Source: Candidatus Woesearchaeota archaeon (GTDB taxonomy: Archaea > Nanobdellota > Nanobdellia > Pacearchaeales > GW2011-AR1). From it: a stretch of 64,000 nt of DNA. Position 1 is the stretch's first letter; each line of letters opens with the position of its first letter. This document shows positions 51,573 to 61,052 of this stretch, piece by piece. The notes below the pieces were generated by a model, which saw nothing but the letters and a program-made list of their open reading frames with translations, searched no databases and was not told where the DNA came from. Both the position numbers and the translations under genes were made by a program. The stretch is from positions 19,669 to 83,668 of the forward strand of contig CAZHOH010000001.1 of assembly GCA_964534185.1 (NCBI GenBank). Reading direction: 5' to 3'.

Positions 51573-52262
51573 CTATGACAACGTCTTGATGTAGGCCTCA
51601 GCGAACCTTCTGCCCAGCATCCCCATCCCTTGGAAAGTATGGTGAAGTGCGTCATCCTTGAGAGGAATGTCATCCGTATTCAAACAGATTACTCTGTCCA
51701 GAACAGACGCTGCCTTATCTTGAGCGTCCCTTACATTGGGCCGAAACGGGAATCTCCCAACAGGAGGATTAACGCGACCCAAGAACAATGGTACGTCTGA
51801 GATATCCTTCCTCAACCGGGATACCAAGAGACGAAAGTTGTCCAAGTAAGTCATGGCTGCTGGCTTATACTTGCAGTCTCTTTCTCCTTGCATCCAGAAA
51901 ATGGCTCGTACACCATCCCCCTTCCGGTAAATACGACCAAACTCGCTGACGAGTTTTTGGTACATCGGGCCATCGGAAACGTTTTGGGTAATCGCAGCTC
52001 TTTTCTCGGTCCACTCGGGTGCCCATGCCAAGAGAGAAGTACCGTTCGCGGCGCACTTGAGTATCTTGACAGGTTCCTTTACCCGTTTTCGTATGTGTGA
52101 CGCAAATTCATACTCAGGGCCCGCAAAAGGAAGTTCACAAAAACCTTTTTTTTTGCCGTCCCAGTAAACTTCGACGCCATCTATTGAGTTGGACACCGTC
52201 CGGCTAGAAGAGCACGTACCTACCATGTTGGACTGTCCGGCAAGAATAAAAATATGAGCCAT
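51573..52262 (-). CDS. SASA/DUF303-type carbohydrate esterase (sialate O-acetylesterase-like)
   Basis: IFILAGQSNMVG at the N-terminus. Confidence 0.6.
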   Translation of the reverse strand: MAHIFILAGQSNMVGTCSSSRTVSNSIDGVEVYWDGKKKGFCELPFAGPEYEFASHIRKRVKEPVKILKCAANGTSLLAWAPEWTEKRAAITQNVSDGPMYQKLVSEFGRIYRKGDGVRAIFWMQGERDCKYKPAAMTYLDNFRLLVSRLRKDISDVPLFLGRVNPPVGRFPFRPNVRDAQDKAASVLDRVICLNTDDIPLKDDALHHTFQGMGMLGRRFAEAYIKTLS

Positions 52263-52265
52263 CGA

Positions 52266-53117
52266 CTATCTCCTGTTTGTCATGATATTGGAAGGAAGTT
52301 CATCTGTAGGCACAAAACCTAAATCAGCGAGTTCCTTGGTTTCTTTCGTCGCGACGGCAAACCAAAATGGCTCTTTTAGCCATGGTCTAGGCTCGCCTTC
52401 TGCAATGCCAATCTCATAGCCCGCCTCCTGGAGCGCCCTCAGGCCTTTCATGCGATACTCGAACATGCAATGGGACGATGACTTCATCGCCAAACAGAAT
52501 ATAGCCCCTTTGGCTATGACCATACTAGCACCCTGAATCGCATCCGTCTCCGCTCCATTGATCGTCAAGTTGACAAAATCAAATTCATATTTCTTGTACA
52601 AAGCATCAAGCGTTGTTGTCTCTACAGAAATTTTCGTACCGATTGCAAACTGGTCAACGAGGCTGCTACCGTTTCTAAGATTCTCGGTAACATTGAAGAT
52701 TTTCTCTCCAATGTTGCTCCATACAGCCGCTTCTACGACTTCCATGTTTTCTATCGAGTAGTCACGAATGTACTTCCTGACTACAACTACGTTTACGGGG
52801 TCTGGCTCTACTACAACTACATGACCAGTATGGCCAACAACCGCAGAAAATGCCATCGGCTGCGACATGCCTGCCTTGATTAAGCCCATCCAGGCCCCGC
52901 AACATACGACAGTATTACCTGGCACTACAAACTGATAGGGATGGAGCCGGGACAACCAGGAAGTAGATGATAGATAGTCCGCCCTATAGGATCCCGGCTC
53001 GCCACTCGACCTTAGTATTCTGGCCCTATTTTGAGGAGAAGGAGGAGGTCTCCCTCCCTCCCACATCTTCAAGTACGATCGCTGTACCCTTGTTTTTCTC
53101 TGAACATGGAATCCCAT
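52266..53117 (-). CDS. FkbM-like methyltransferase
   Basis: GNTVVCCGAWMG...VVVVEPDPVNV. ATG at 53117 directly abuts the upstream stop. Confidence 0.45.
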   Translation of the reverse strand: MGFHVQRKTRVQRSYLKMWEGGRPPPSPQNRARILRSSGEPGSYRADYLSSTSWLSRLHPYQFVVPGNTVVCCGAWMGLIKAGMSQPMAFSAVVGHTGHVVVVEPDPVNVVVVRKYIRDYSIENMEVVEAAVWSNIGEKIFNVTENLRNGSSLVDQFAIGTKISVETTTLDALYKKYEFDFVNLTINGAETDAIQGASMVIAKGAIFCLAMKSSSHCMFEYRMKGLRALQEAGYEIGIAEGEPRPWLKEPFWFAVATKETKELADLGFVPTDELPSNIMTNRR

Positions 53118-53867
53118 CTATAGAGTTCCTTTATAGCGACCAAGCCACTCGAACTGTTGAATATACCCATTTATTGTTTCCAGCATCCCGGGTTCCCACT
53201 TATTGTCATACCGGGTACAATTAGGTTTATTGAATACTACGGCAGTACACTTTTTTACATAGTCATCATGGGTTTCAAGCCCGAGGTACTGCAGTATGTT
53301 CTGGATCTCTCTCTCCGGGGCAACAATTAAGTCCTCCAAATAGACGTCCAAAACGTCGTACTCAGACTTGATACTACTTACCGTTTGGCTCGCCATCCGA
53401 AAAAGGTCACGCGCTGATGCTGCGCCAATCAATTTGGACCATGTTGCCAACGTATCGTATGGATTTCTGATTACATGTATCAACCGCAGGTCAAAACCCG
53501 TTTTTCGGGAGAACCGCCCCAAGAAGCCAGGATGCGCGTTGATGAATTCTGTAGAACTGAATCCCCTCTTGTCCCCTAGGAGAACCGGATTAGGCGATAC
53601 TATACCTTGATATAGGCCAGGTATCTGGTAACTGTAACCCAAAACGGGTTTACCCTCTGCTGATATCTTTTGGCCCTTCTTTCCAGCCCTCGCATGTGTT
53701 ACAGAGTTTTCCTTTATGGCCCGTACCATTTCATCCCTACCCACGGTCGAATAAAGAGAAATCGCATTGAGTTCATGGGATACTACGGCATCCTTGTGGG
53801 CGTCTATAATTGCCCCAACAAGGCTATGGCCCGTACGGGGGTTACCTATAAAGATCAGGAACTTCAT
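53118..53867 (-). CDS. sulfotransferase
   Basis: FIGNPRTGHSLVG resembles the 5'-PSB PAPS-binding loop. The length is typical. Confidence 0.55.
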   Translation of the reverse strand: MKFLIFIGNPRTGHSLVGAIIDAHKDAVVSHELNAISLYSTVGRDEMVRAIKENSVTHARAGKKGQKISAEGKPVLGYSYQIPGLYQGIVSPNPVLLGDKRGFSSTEFINAHPGFLGRFSRKTGFDLRLIHVIRNPYDTLATWSKLIGAASARDLFRMASQTVSSIKSEYDVLDVYLEDLIVAPEREIQNILQYLGLETHDDYVKKCTAVVFNKPNCTRYDNKWEPGMLETINGYIQQFEWLGRYKGTL

Positions 53868-53868
53868 A

Positions 53869-54969
53869 TTATGCTCCTTTCAACGTCTTGACGTAGCTGC
53901 GTATCTTATCACATATGAACCAAATATCTTTCGTTGGCAATTCGGGGTAGCTGGGGAACATAACAACCTCGCGAGATAGCAGGTGAGCAATCGATTCATC
54001 CGACGGTGCCAAATGCCTTAGGTACGGATGTTTGGATATGGGGACGAACATGGGCCTCGTATCAATGGAAAACTGAGTGAAATAGTCTTTGGCTCTTTCG
54101 TAAGACGGGTTGCCGACGAATTTGGCAGCGAATATCCAGTTGGCATGAGAGGTTCCCGGTTCAACCTCTTGCACCTGAATACCCTCCTCTGAATCAAGCC
54201 CCTCCTTATAGGCGTCGAATACCCTCGCCTTCTCTTCCTTTATCTGGTTCATGCTTTCCAGTTGCCCTAATAGAATCGCCGCTTGAACGTTCGTCATCCT
54301 GTAATTGGATCCCAAAATCTCATGGTGGTATAACTTGCTACCTTGGCCCTGTCCTCGAACCTTGCGAGCAAAATCAGCGACATCCTTGTCATTGGTAATA
54401 AAAGCCCCACCCTCGCCACTTGTTATGCTCTTGTTAGCGAAAAAACTCATGGCAGAACAAAAAGAGGCGCTCCCGGCCGGATAACCTTCGTAGTTGCCAA
54501 AAAACGCTTCACAGGCGTCCTCAACAAAAACCAGTTTTGGAAAGTTCTTCTTTAGCCTTGGAACGTTCATGACATTCCCGACGTTATGCACGATTAGTAT
54601 GGCATCGGCGTCTGCATCGGGCGGTAGATCGGCGTTCCATGTCCTCGGGTCTACGCCCATGACGCACATGTCATAGTGTTCGCGAACAAAGGAATTCCAT
54701 GCCGCAACAAAGACGCTATTCGGAACAAGAATTCTTTTGGCTCCCTTAAAATGGCGCAAGCAACGGGCTACAAGATTCATAGCCATCGTTCCACTGGAAG
54801 TCAAAAGGACATACTCTGCCCCCAAAATCTCAGACAGTTTCTTTTCGACGACAGGCGCATACTTGCCTCGCCACGAAATCCACCCCGATTGGATGGCCTC
54901 CGTAGCGTACTGGCGGCTCAGGGCCGGGACAAAGGGCCTATATACTGGAAACACGATGATTCCAATCAA
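53869..54969 (-). CDS. DegT/DnrJ/EryC1-family sugar aminotransferase
   Basis: SGTMAMNLV, VFVEDACEAFFG and SFFANKSITSGEGGAF (PLP lysine). The start appears to be a TTG coupled to the upstream stop. Confidence 0.8.
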   Translation of the reverse strand: MIGIIVFPVYRPFVPALSRQYATEAIQSGWISWRGKYAPVVEKKLSEILGAEYVLLTSSGTMAMNLVARCLRHFKGAKRILVPNSVFVAAWNSFVREHYDMCVMGVDPRTWNADLPPDADADAILIVHNVGNVMNVPRLKKNFPKLVFVEDACEAFFGNYEGYPAGSASFCSAMSFFANKSITSGEGGAFITNDKDVADFARKVRGQGQGSKLYHHEILGSNYRMTNVQAAILLGQLESMNQIKEEKARVFDAYKEGLDSEEGIQVQEVEPGTSHANWIFAAKFVGNPSYERAKDYFTQFSIDTRPMFVPISKHPYLRHLAPSDESIAHLLSREVVMFPSYPELPTKDIWFICDKIRSYVKTLKGA

Positions 54970-55274
54970 TAGGTCTTGTGTTTACGCTGTATATTTCTTC
55001 CATCATCAAGTTGCTCCCCCCGGGAACTGGCCTCAAGCAGTTGTACAAGATTTTCGTCTATCTCATCCATTAGTTGGTTGCGCTGAACATTGAGATCGCA
55101 TGCCTTCTTCAGACATGCCCAAAGCCTTTGTGCCCCATCTTCCGTATTCCAGTACTTGTCCTTGAATTCCTTGAAAGACATCCGCCGGATCTCGTAGAGG
55201 AGTTCCTGGTTATCCCACATCTTGAGGTCAACGGTAATCAACTTATCTATCAATCCACCAAACGTATCTGCCAT
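54966..55274 (-). CDS. hypothetical protein (102 aa)
   Basis: AAGGAG ribosome-binding site. LIDKLITVDLKMWDNQE resembles a small family seen in sugar clusters, possibly DUF4254. That is from memory only. Confidence 0.5.
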   Translation of the reverse strand: MADTFGGLIDKLITVDLKMWDNQELLYEIRRMSFKEFKDKYWNTEDGAQRLWACLKKACDLNVQRNQLMDEIDENLVQLLEASSRGEQLDDGRNIQRKHKTY

Positions 55275-55277
55275 ACC

Positions 55278-56474
55278 TTAGCTCCTTATATAGAAGCAGA
55301 TATTGTCTTTCTGCTTCATTCTCTCAAAACCAAGACTTTCGTATAACCTACACGCTCTCATGTTGTCTGCGTCTACACTTAAATGTATAGTACGAATACC
55401 TTTGGCTCGCGCATGCCTCAAAAGAGCCAGCATCATGGCGCGACCATACCCCCTTCCCTGTGCGCTTGGAATAATACATATACCCAACCAGGTTTTTCCG
55501 TCCTCCGGGTCTAAGTGCCCATAGGCAACGGGAGCATCGCCCTCGCGACACAGAAGCGTTACTTCATGACTGCGGATAATTGATGCTGGTCTCTTGTTAA
55601 AATATCTGAACGTTGACAGAGAATCCCCTGCAATGTCGAGGAATTTATGTACTTCGGGTTCTGTAGCTGACGTTATCTTGGTGGCAAATTTGACATCTTG
55701 CTTGAAGTCTTGCATGGTACAGGAATGTGCCAAACGATGGCCAAACATTCTAGGCAGCAACGAGTCAAAAACTGTATTCTTGAACCACGGTTCAGATACG
55801 ATACACGTCATCCTGCCTACTGCTGCTCCCAGTATTAGTCCGCCCCCTACCCCTATGCTTATGGAATATAGTGCGCGGCTCATGATGTATGTATCCTTCA
55901 TGAGTTTTTCCAAATTCGGAGCCGTCACCCCAAGACGCGGAACGGTCAGGTCAACAACATTACTGAGTCCCTTCAAATAATCATATGCGGAACTAAAATA
56001 TTCTCTGTACCTCAAATATTCTTGGTTTAGCTCAACGTCACGCTCTCCAAGCAAAACTACCTTGCATCCTTGTTTATCCAACAAGGGTACAAGTTCTTTA
56101 CATATTTGCCGGACGGTATCCTTGTGTATTTCCCGAACTTTCGTATTGATGCAGATATAGTCCCCTTCCGGTATCTTGGTCTTCTTAGTTAACCTGTCTA
56201 CAAAATCTATTGGTACTACCCTCTTTCTTGGCCCGTATTGATGCCAGTTCATCGCAGGGCCATCTTGTGCCCTTACGCTACAGTCAAAACAATCCTCTCG
56301 ATAGATAAGAGGCATAAACCCTTCCAAAAACTTGCTGTATTCCGAACCCCTGAAAGCCAAATATGCTACGTGGGGGAATACCAATATCTCTTCCTCGCTT
56401 GCCGCCATGGCGCGCAAAATGCTCCATTGACAAATCAGGTCACCGATCCCGACTCGTAGTCCGAATCTCTTCAT
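55278..56474 (-). CDS. GT9-like domain fused to C-terminal GNAT acetyltransferase
   Basis: Start set at ATG 56474 (ATGA overlap; MKRFGLRVGIGDLI). GNAT motif QGRGYGRAMMLALL near the C-terminus. Confidence 0.65.
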   Translation of the reverse strand: MKRFGLRVGIGDLICQWSILRAMAASEEEILVFPHVAYLAFRGSEYSKFLEGFMPLIYREDCFDCSVRAQDGPAMNWHQYGPRKRVVPIDFVDRLTKKTKIPEGDYICINTKVREIHKDTVRQICKELVPLLDKQGCKVVLLGERDVELNQEYLRYREYFSSAYDYLKGLSNVVDLTVPRLGVTAPNLEKLMKDTYIMSRALYSISIGVGGGLILGAAVGRMTCIVSEPWFKNTVFDSLLPRMFGHRLAHSCTMQDFKQDVKFATKITSATEPEVHKFLDIAGDSLSTFRYFNKRPASIIRSHEVTLLCREGDAPVAYGHLDPEDGKTWLGICIIPSAQGRGYGRAMMLALLRHARAKGIRTIHLSVDADNMRACRLYESLGFERMKQKDNICFYIRS

Positions 56475-57304
56475 CTTATTTCTCTTTTGACCTCGACAAC
56501 CGCAGTACGAAGTAACTGGAAAAACTTGCTTTTGTTGGTAGACATACTCCATGGGCCTCTCGCCATGTAGGCCGAAGAAGAAAATCTCCTGTGATAGACA
56601 TACTCAACTCGTCTTACGTCTGGTAACGCTTGCCATGCGCAAGTAGCAACAGACAAACCGCTCGAGATTCCGATAAACAAATGACACCTATTAAAAACGG
56701 GAATAATCTGCCTAATAGTAAAGTCATCACCACAATAAAAAACATCTTTCTTGTCAAGGCCTGTAATCGGATGCCTCGACTTGGCAAACCCTGCTTTGCT
56801 AGCAAAGAGGAAGTTGCATGCCCCTCCCTCTTTGCGACATATATTCATGACTACTCTGGTATCATTCTGAGTCCAGTTGCTTTGGCCTGACTTACAGAAA
56901 GTTTCCATCATTACATTTAGTCGACCTTCGGGAAGACCCGACATAAAACGGTCTGCGTTTTCGTCTTCCTGTTCTGTAAAGCAAAGATAAGGATGCCATT
57001 CGTCTATTGTCGGCGCGCCTACCGTATGCTTGGGAATGAATGCCAGCGGTATATTCTGCTTGACAAGTTTGTTGCCATAGGGGGTCGTTGAAAACTTGAG
57101 TATACCATCCGATGATTGAGAAGATGGTTTTCCTAACCTTACCTCGTCGATCTTGTCATTGTGAGCCAACATGTCCTGACAATGAGGATGAACAAACCAT
57201 ATCAGTTTGTGGTGTGGCCACAACTTGTCCTTATAGGGTAAAAGGCATGTTGAACATCCAACATCCCCGTTCCCCGCTGGAGCGACAATCCATACCTCCT
57301 TCAT
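56471..57304 (-). CDS. GT9-like paralog (277 aa)
   Basis: MKEVWIVAPAGNGDVG and FIGISSGLSVATCAWQ. Paralogous to the next gene. Confidence 0.55.
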   Translation of the reverse strand: MKEVWIVAPAGNGDVGCSTCLLPYKDKLWPHHKLIWFVHPHCQDMLAHNDKIDEVRLGKPSSQSSDGILKFSTTPYGNKLVKQNIPLAFIPKHTVGAPTIDEWHPYLCFTEQEDENADRFMSGLPEGRLNVMMETFCKSGQSNWTQNDTRVVMNICRKEGGACNFLFASKAGFAKSRHPITGLDKKDVFYCGDDFTIRQIIPVFNRCHLFIGISSGLSVATCAWQALPDVRRVEYVYHRRFSSSAYMARGPWSMSTNKSKFFQLLRTAVVEVKREIR

Positions 57305-58221
57305 CGGCGCATTGCCTCCCGGATTCTACTGATCAAATCCGCCTCGCTCGCAACGGTATAAGTCTGGCTCATTGAGATCGGCGACGTAGTTATCATTGGA
57401 TTGTTCGTATATTCTATTCTCTTTACCTTCGGATTAGCCTGCCACGCAGAGGTAATGACCGCTATGCCACTAGCTGTGCTTACAAATATGTCGCATTGGT
57501 TGTAAACCGTGACACACTGACGTACAGTAAAAGAGGAACAATCAGTTACACCGGGGCCAGCAAAGTTCTTATGCGATCCAGGGCTGGCAAAGATAAAGTT
57601 GCAGTTACCTGCGACTTGGCAACAAACACGCATTACTTGGACAGTCGTATCATCGTTCCAATTGCTTTGGTTTGATCCGCACTTTGTCTCCAGCATTACA
57701 GTCGTTTTGTACGGAAGGTTGGCTACAAACTTGCGCCCCCTCTCCCTCTCCTCCCGGGAGAAGCCGATGAACGGGTGAATTTGCATGCCGGATAAATAAG
57801 GGATGGCAGCACGCTGCGCAAGCACAAAGGGCGCGTTTAATTTATCGCAGTTGGCCCAAGGAGCGGGAAAATAACACAGATCTAAATCATCCAATATTTG
57901 GAACTTCTTTCGTTTCTTGTTAAGTTGCCCCAGCAAGGATCGGTCGGCGACGGAAAACGGGTGCCCCTCCTTGTTTTGACGATGACCCATTCTGGTATCC
58001 AGAATAGCCCTAGGATCACAATCTATTGTCCTTATGTCCAAGGTAACTGGATTATGAGCGACTATATCCGAACTCGCCGCATGTATGGATCCCGCTCGCT
58101 CTCTTGGGAGAACAAACCAAACAATCTTTGAGCCTGGCCACAACGCTTCCTTGTATTTGAGGCAGGCAGTAGCACCAGCCATGTCGCCGGAGGCCCATGG
58201 TGCGTAAATTCCTATCTTCAT
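57301..58221 (-). CDS. GT9-like paralog (306 aa)
   Basis: MKIGIYAPWASGDMAG and FVSTASGIAVITSAWQ. Confidence 0.55.
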   Translation of the reverse strand: MKIGIYAPWASGDMAGATACLKYKEALWPGSKIVWFVLPRERAGSIHAASSDIVAHNPVTLDIRTIDCDPRAILDTRMGHRQNKEGHPFSVADRSLLGQLNKKRKKFQILDDLDLCYFPAPWANCDKLNAPFVLAQRAAIPYLSGMQIHPFIGFSREERERGRKFVANLPYKTTVMLETKCGSNQSNWNDDTTVQVMRVCCQVAGNCNFIFASPGSHKNFAGPGVTDCSSFTVRQCVTVYNQCDIFVSTASGIAVITSAWQANPKVKRIEYTNNPMITTSPISMSQTYTVASEADLISRIREAMRR

Positions 58222-58231
58222 TTTGCCCCCC

Positions 58232-59083
58232 CTAGTATGGAGTTGGATCCACCGTCATTTCCTCGATCATTTGTTTCCAAGAGGGAGGGACATAGCCCGT
58301 CATATCCCTGAAGTATCGTGAATTCAGACTACGATCGCAGACTAATTCGTCATCACGGTCTACCTGTATGCCCAAGGACATGGCTTCGTTTACCATATAC
58401 AAAAGAGAATACTTATCTATAGGGTCTGAAGATACATGGTATAGCCCCGGGGGGACATCTTTCTCGATTACCATTCGGATAACACGCGCCATCTCTAACG
58501 TAGTAAGGCCCGTATATATGGCCCGAGAAAAGCCATTTACTTGCCCTCCCCTCTGGGATATGAACCACTCAAACAAACCGCTTGACGACCTCAGTTCCCG
58601 TCCTACAATTGATGTTCGCAGGGTTACGCAGGGAGCAATCTTGACTTCCCCCATTGCCTTGGTTTTACCATAAAGATCAACAGGATCGGTAGGACAATCC
58701 TCCGTATAGAATCCATTGTTACCACTAAAAACGCAATCCGTACTGATATGTACCATTCGGCACCCCGCCTCGAGACACCCTTTGGAGAGCACATGGGGCC
58801 ATAAAGCATTTATGCCAATCGACGGAATATACTCATTTGCCTCAGCTAATTGCTTTATGATGCCAATACAGTTAACTACGACATCTGGCTTAATCGCCAT
58901 TATTTCCTTAATAGCACTGGAAAATTGATCAGGATAAACTGACATCTTCATCATTTGAGTACCGCCCAGTATGGCCGGAGCCTCCTTTCTGACGGTTCCC
59001 CATACCTCGTAGTCCTCTCTCAGCAACTGGATGACCTTATGACCGAGCATTCCTGTCGCGCCTAAGATTGCAATTCTTTTCAT
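58232..59083 (-). CDS. RmlD-like NAD(P)-dependent sugar 4-reductase (SDR)
   Basis: MKRIAILGATGMLGHKV, and YGKTK (YxxxK). Confidence 0.75.
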   Translation of the reverse strand: MKRIAILGATGMLGHKVIQLLREDYEVWGTVRKEAPAILGGTQMMKMSVYPDQFSSAIKEIMAIKPDVVVNCIGIIKQLAEANEYIPSIGINALWPHVLSKGCLEAGCRMVHISTDCVFSGNNGFYTEDCPTDPVDLYGKTKAMGEVKIAPCVTLRTSIVGRELRSSSGLFEWFISQRGGQVNGFSRAIYTGLTTLEMARVIRMVIEKDVPPGLYHVSSDPIDKYSLLYMVNEAMSLGIQVDRDDELVCDRSLNSRYFRDMTGYVPPSWKQMIEEMTVDPTPY

Positions 59084-59155
59084 TCTGTTCCCTCGTTTAG
59101 CCCTACGTATCTGAATTGTACAGGTTCTTGGAAGTACGTTTTTCTCTTGTATAGT

Positions 59156-60100
59156 TTATATGCTTTTGTACTTTTCAACGGCGTCATTCACTTCAGGAAG
59201 GGAAAACTCCATGCGCCACTCCCTCTCAGAAATTACTGAGTTTGTTCTAGTCTCTCTGTTATTCTTCGCCTCATCCTTCAGTCTGGCGATCAACTCGTCA
59301 TCAAGTCCACCGACAGCGATTCTGGAACGTAAATCAAGATAGGCTGATCCCAGCCGATCCCCTACGTCAGTCATATGATCCTCGGCATAACCATAAACAA
59401 GATGGTATACGAGATCCTCGATGAACATCCCGTAAACCCCATCCTTGGAGGTCGCCCCCGAATACCTCGACATACTGAGACCAAGCTTTGACACAAGCTT
59501 CTTTCGATCAATGTACCAGTTGGCAACAACCCCTACGTCGGCGTAATCATTATCGAAGGGGGGAGGACTGGAACAGAATTCCTCGAACTCTCTGTTTTTG
59601 GGTTTGAATCCGGCTCGCGCTCTGATCTGAGGCCGCATGAAACCTACTTGCTGCGATACCTCCCGTATTAAACTCGTATGTGATACCCTGTAGTAGTTGT
59701 TGAGTTCAAAAAACTTCCCTTTGTGGGGATACGAAATGTCGAGTCCAGTTCTGTGCCCAACCATGCCAAAACCATGGTTCTCGATCATCTTTATCGGTAC
59801 CATCAACCAGTTGTCATGGATAGGAAAAGCATCACAATCAAGAGAACAAAGATACTTTCCTTTCGCATGATAACACCCAAAGTCTATTGGGTACCCTGCG
59901 TCAATCTTGGGCGCATGTATAAACCGAACTTTTGGAGAAAACTCGCAGGTCAATTCTTTGAAGACTTCTGATGTACTTTGGTCAACAACAAGAATATCAT
60001 GGTCTATTTTCGGGTGCATGTGCTTCTTGACCTGAGACAAGCATACGCGCAGCAACTTGGGCGTATCTGCGTGAGATATGAGCACCGTACAAGAAGTCAT
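59156..60100 (-). CDS. GT-A (GT2-like) glycosyltransferase, paralog 1
   Basis: CTVLISHADTP...ILVVDQS...LDCDAFP. Tandem paralog of 60097..61050. Confidence 0.6.
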   Translation of the reverse strand: MTSCTVLISHADTPKLLRVCLSQVKKHMHPKIDHDILVVDQSTSEVFKELTCEFSPKVRFIHAPKIDAGYPIDFGCYHAKGKYLCSLDCDAFPIHDNWLMVPIKMIENHGFGMVGHRTGLDISYPHKGKFFELNNYYRVSHTSLIREVSQQVGFMRPQIRARAGFKPKNREFEEFCSSPPPFDNDYADVGVVANWYIDRKKLVSKLGLSMSRYSGATSKDGVYGMFIEDLVYHLVYGYAEDHMTDVGDRLGSAYLDLRSRIAVGGLDDELIARLKDEAKNNRETRTNSVISEREWRMEFSLPEVNDAVEKYKSI

Positions 60101-61050
60101 TTTCTGCTCTCCTTCATCTTAGCAATCTTCAGGCCTATGGCATCCGGAGCATCAATAATCTTCCAAGGATTAAATCGAGTCATCTGACGAGGCTCGTTTT
60201 CCAGACGGCATGATTCCAGAAGTTTTCGAACGGCCACGTATCCGTCCTTAGATATGGCTCTTCTAACCTCGAACAAGCGCGTCTCAAGCCTTGACAGTTC
60301 TACCGGGGGCATGTGATCCTCAGCGTACCCAAAACCAAGGTGAAATACTAGGTCGTCGATGACCATGCCAAAAACCCCGTCGAAATAACGAGGGCACCTG
60401 CCCAATGATCGCGTCAGGCGCAGAGAAAGTTTTGTTCCTTTGCGTTGGCGGTCAAACAGCCAATTGGCTATGACTCCAGTATCCGCATATTGAGGATCAA
60501 AAGGGGGCTTTCCAGCGGATACAAATCGCTCGTAGTCTGTATTCTTCGGAACAAAACCTGCCTTGTCTCTTGCCCCTGGCCTCATAAAGCCTACCTGGTC
60601 GGATAGGAAGGATACATCAACGGTCTTGCATACCCTGTAGTAGTTGTTAAGTTCGAAGAACTCCCCCTTGTGGGGATATGCCCGATGGAGCCCGGTCGTA
60701 TGGCCAACCATCGAAAAGCCATTTTCTTGGATCAACCTGATCGGCAGAAGAAGCCATGACGTGTGGACGGGAAAGGCGTCACAATCAAGTGTACATAGGT
60801 ATTGCCCATTGGCCCGTTTGATACCGAAATCAATGGGATACCCAGCATCTACCTTTTTGCAACGCAATAGACTGACGTCGGAATTCTTGTGTTCGGAACG
60901 AACTTGATCCCATACGCGATCATCGCTTTGGTCAATGACAAGTACTTCCGTCTCAACATCCGGTGACTGACTTACTCGGATTCCCTCCAGACATGCCCGC
61001 AAGAGGCCAGGAGTATTTATATGCGATACTATGATAGTACAGGTAACCAT
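60097..61050 (-). CDS. GT-A (GT2-like) glycosyltransferase, paralog 2
   Basis: CTIIVSHINTP...VLVIDQS...LDCDAFP. ATGA overlap with paralog 1. Confidence 0.6.
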   Translation of the reverse strand: MVTCTIIVSHINTPGLLRACLEGIRVSQSPDVETEVLVIDQSDDRVWDQVRSEHKNSDVSLLRCKKVDAGYPIDFGIKRANGQYLCTLDCDAFPVHTSWLLLPIRLIQENGFSMVGHTTGLHRAYPHKGEFFELNNYYRVCKTVDVSFLSDQVGFMRPGARDKAGFVPKNTDYERFVSAGKPPFDPQYADTGVIANWLFDRQRKGTKLSLRLTRSLGRCPRYFDGVFGMVIDDLVFHLGFGYAEDHMPPVELSRLETRLFEVRRAISKDGYVAVRKLLESCRLENEPRQMTRFNPWKIIDAPDAIGLKIAKMKESRK

Positions 61051-61052
61051 GC

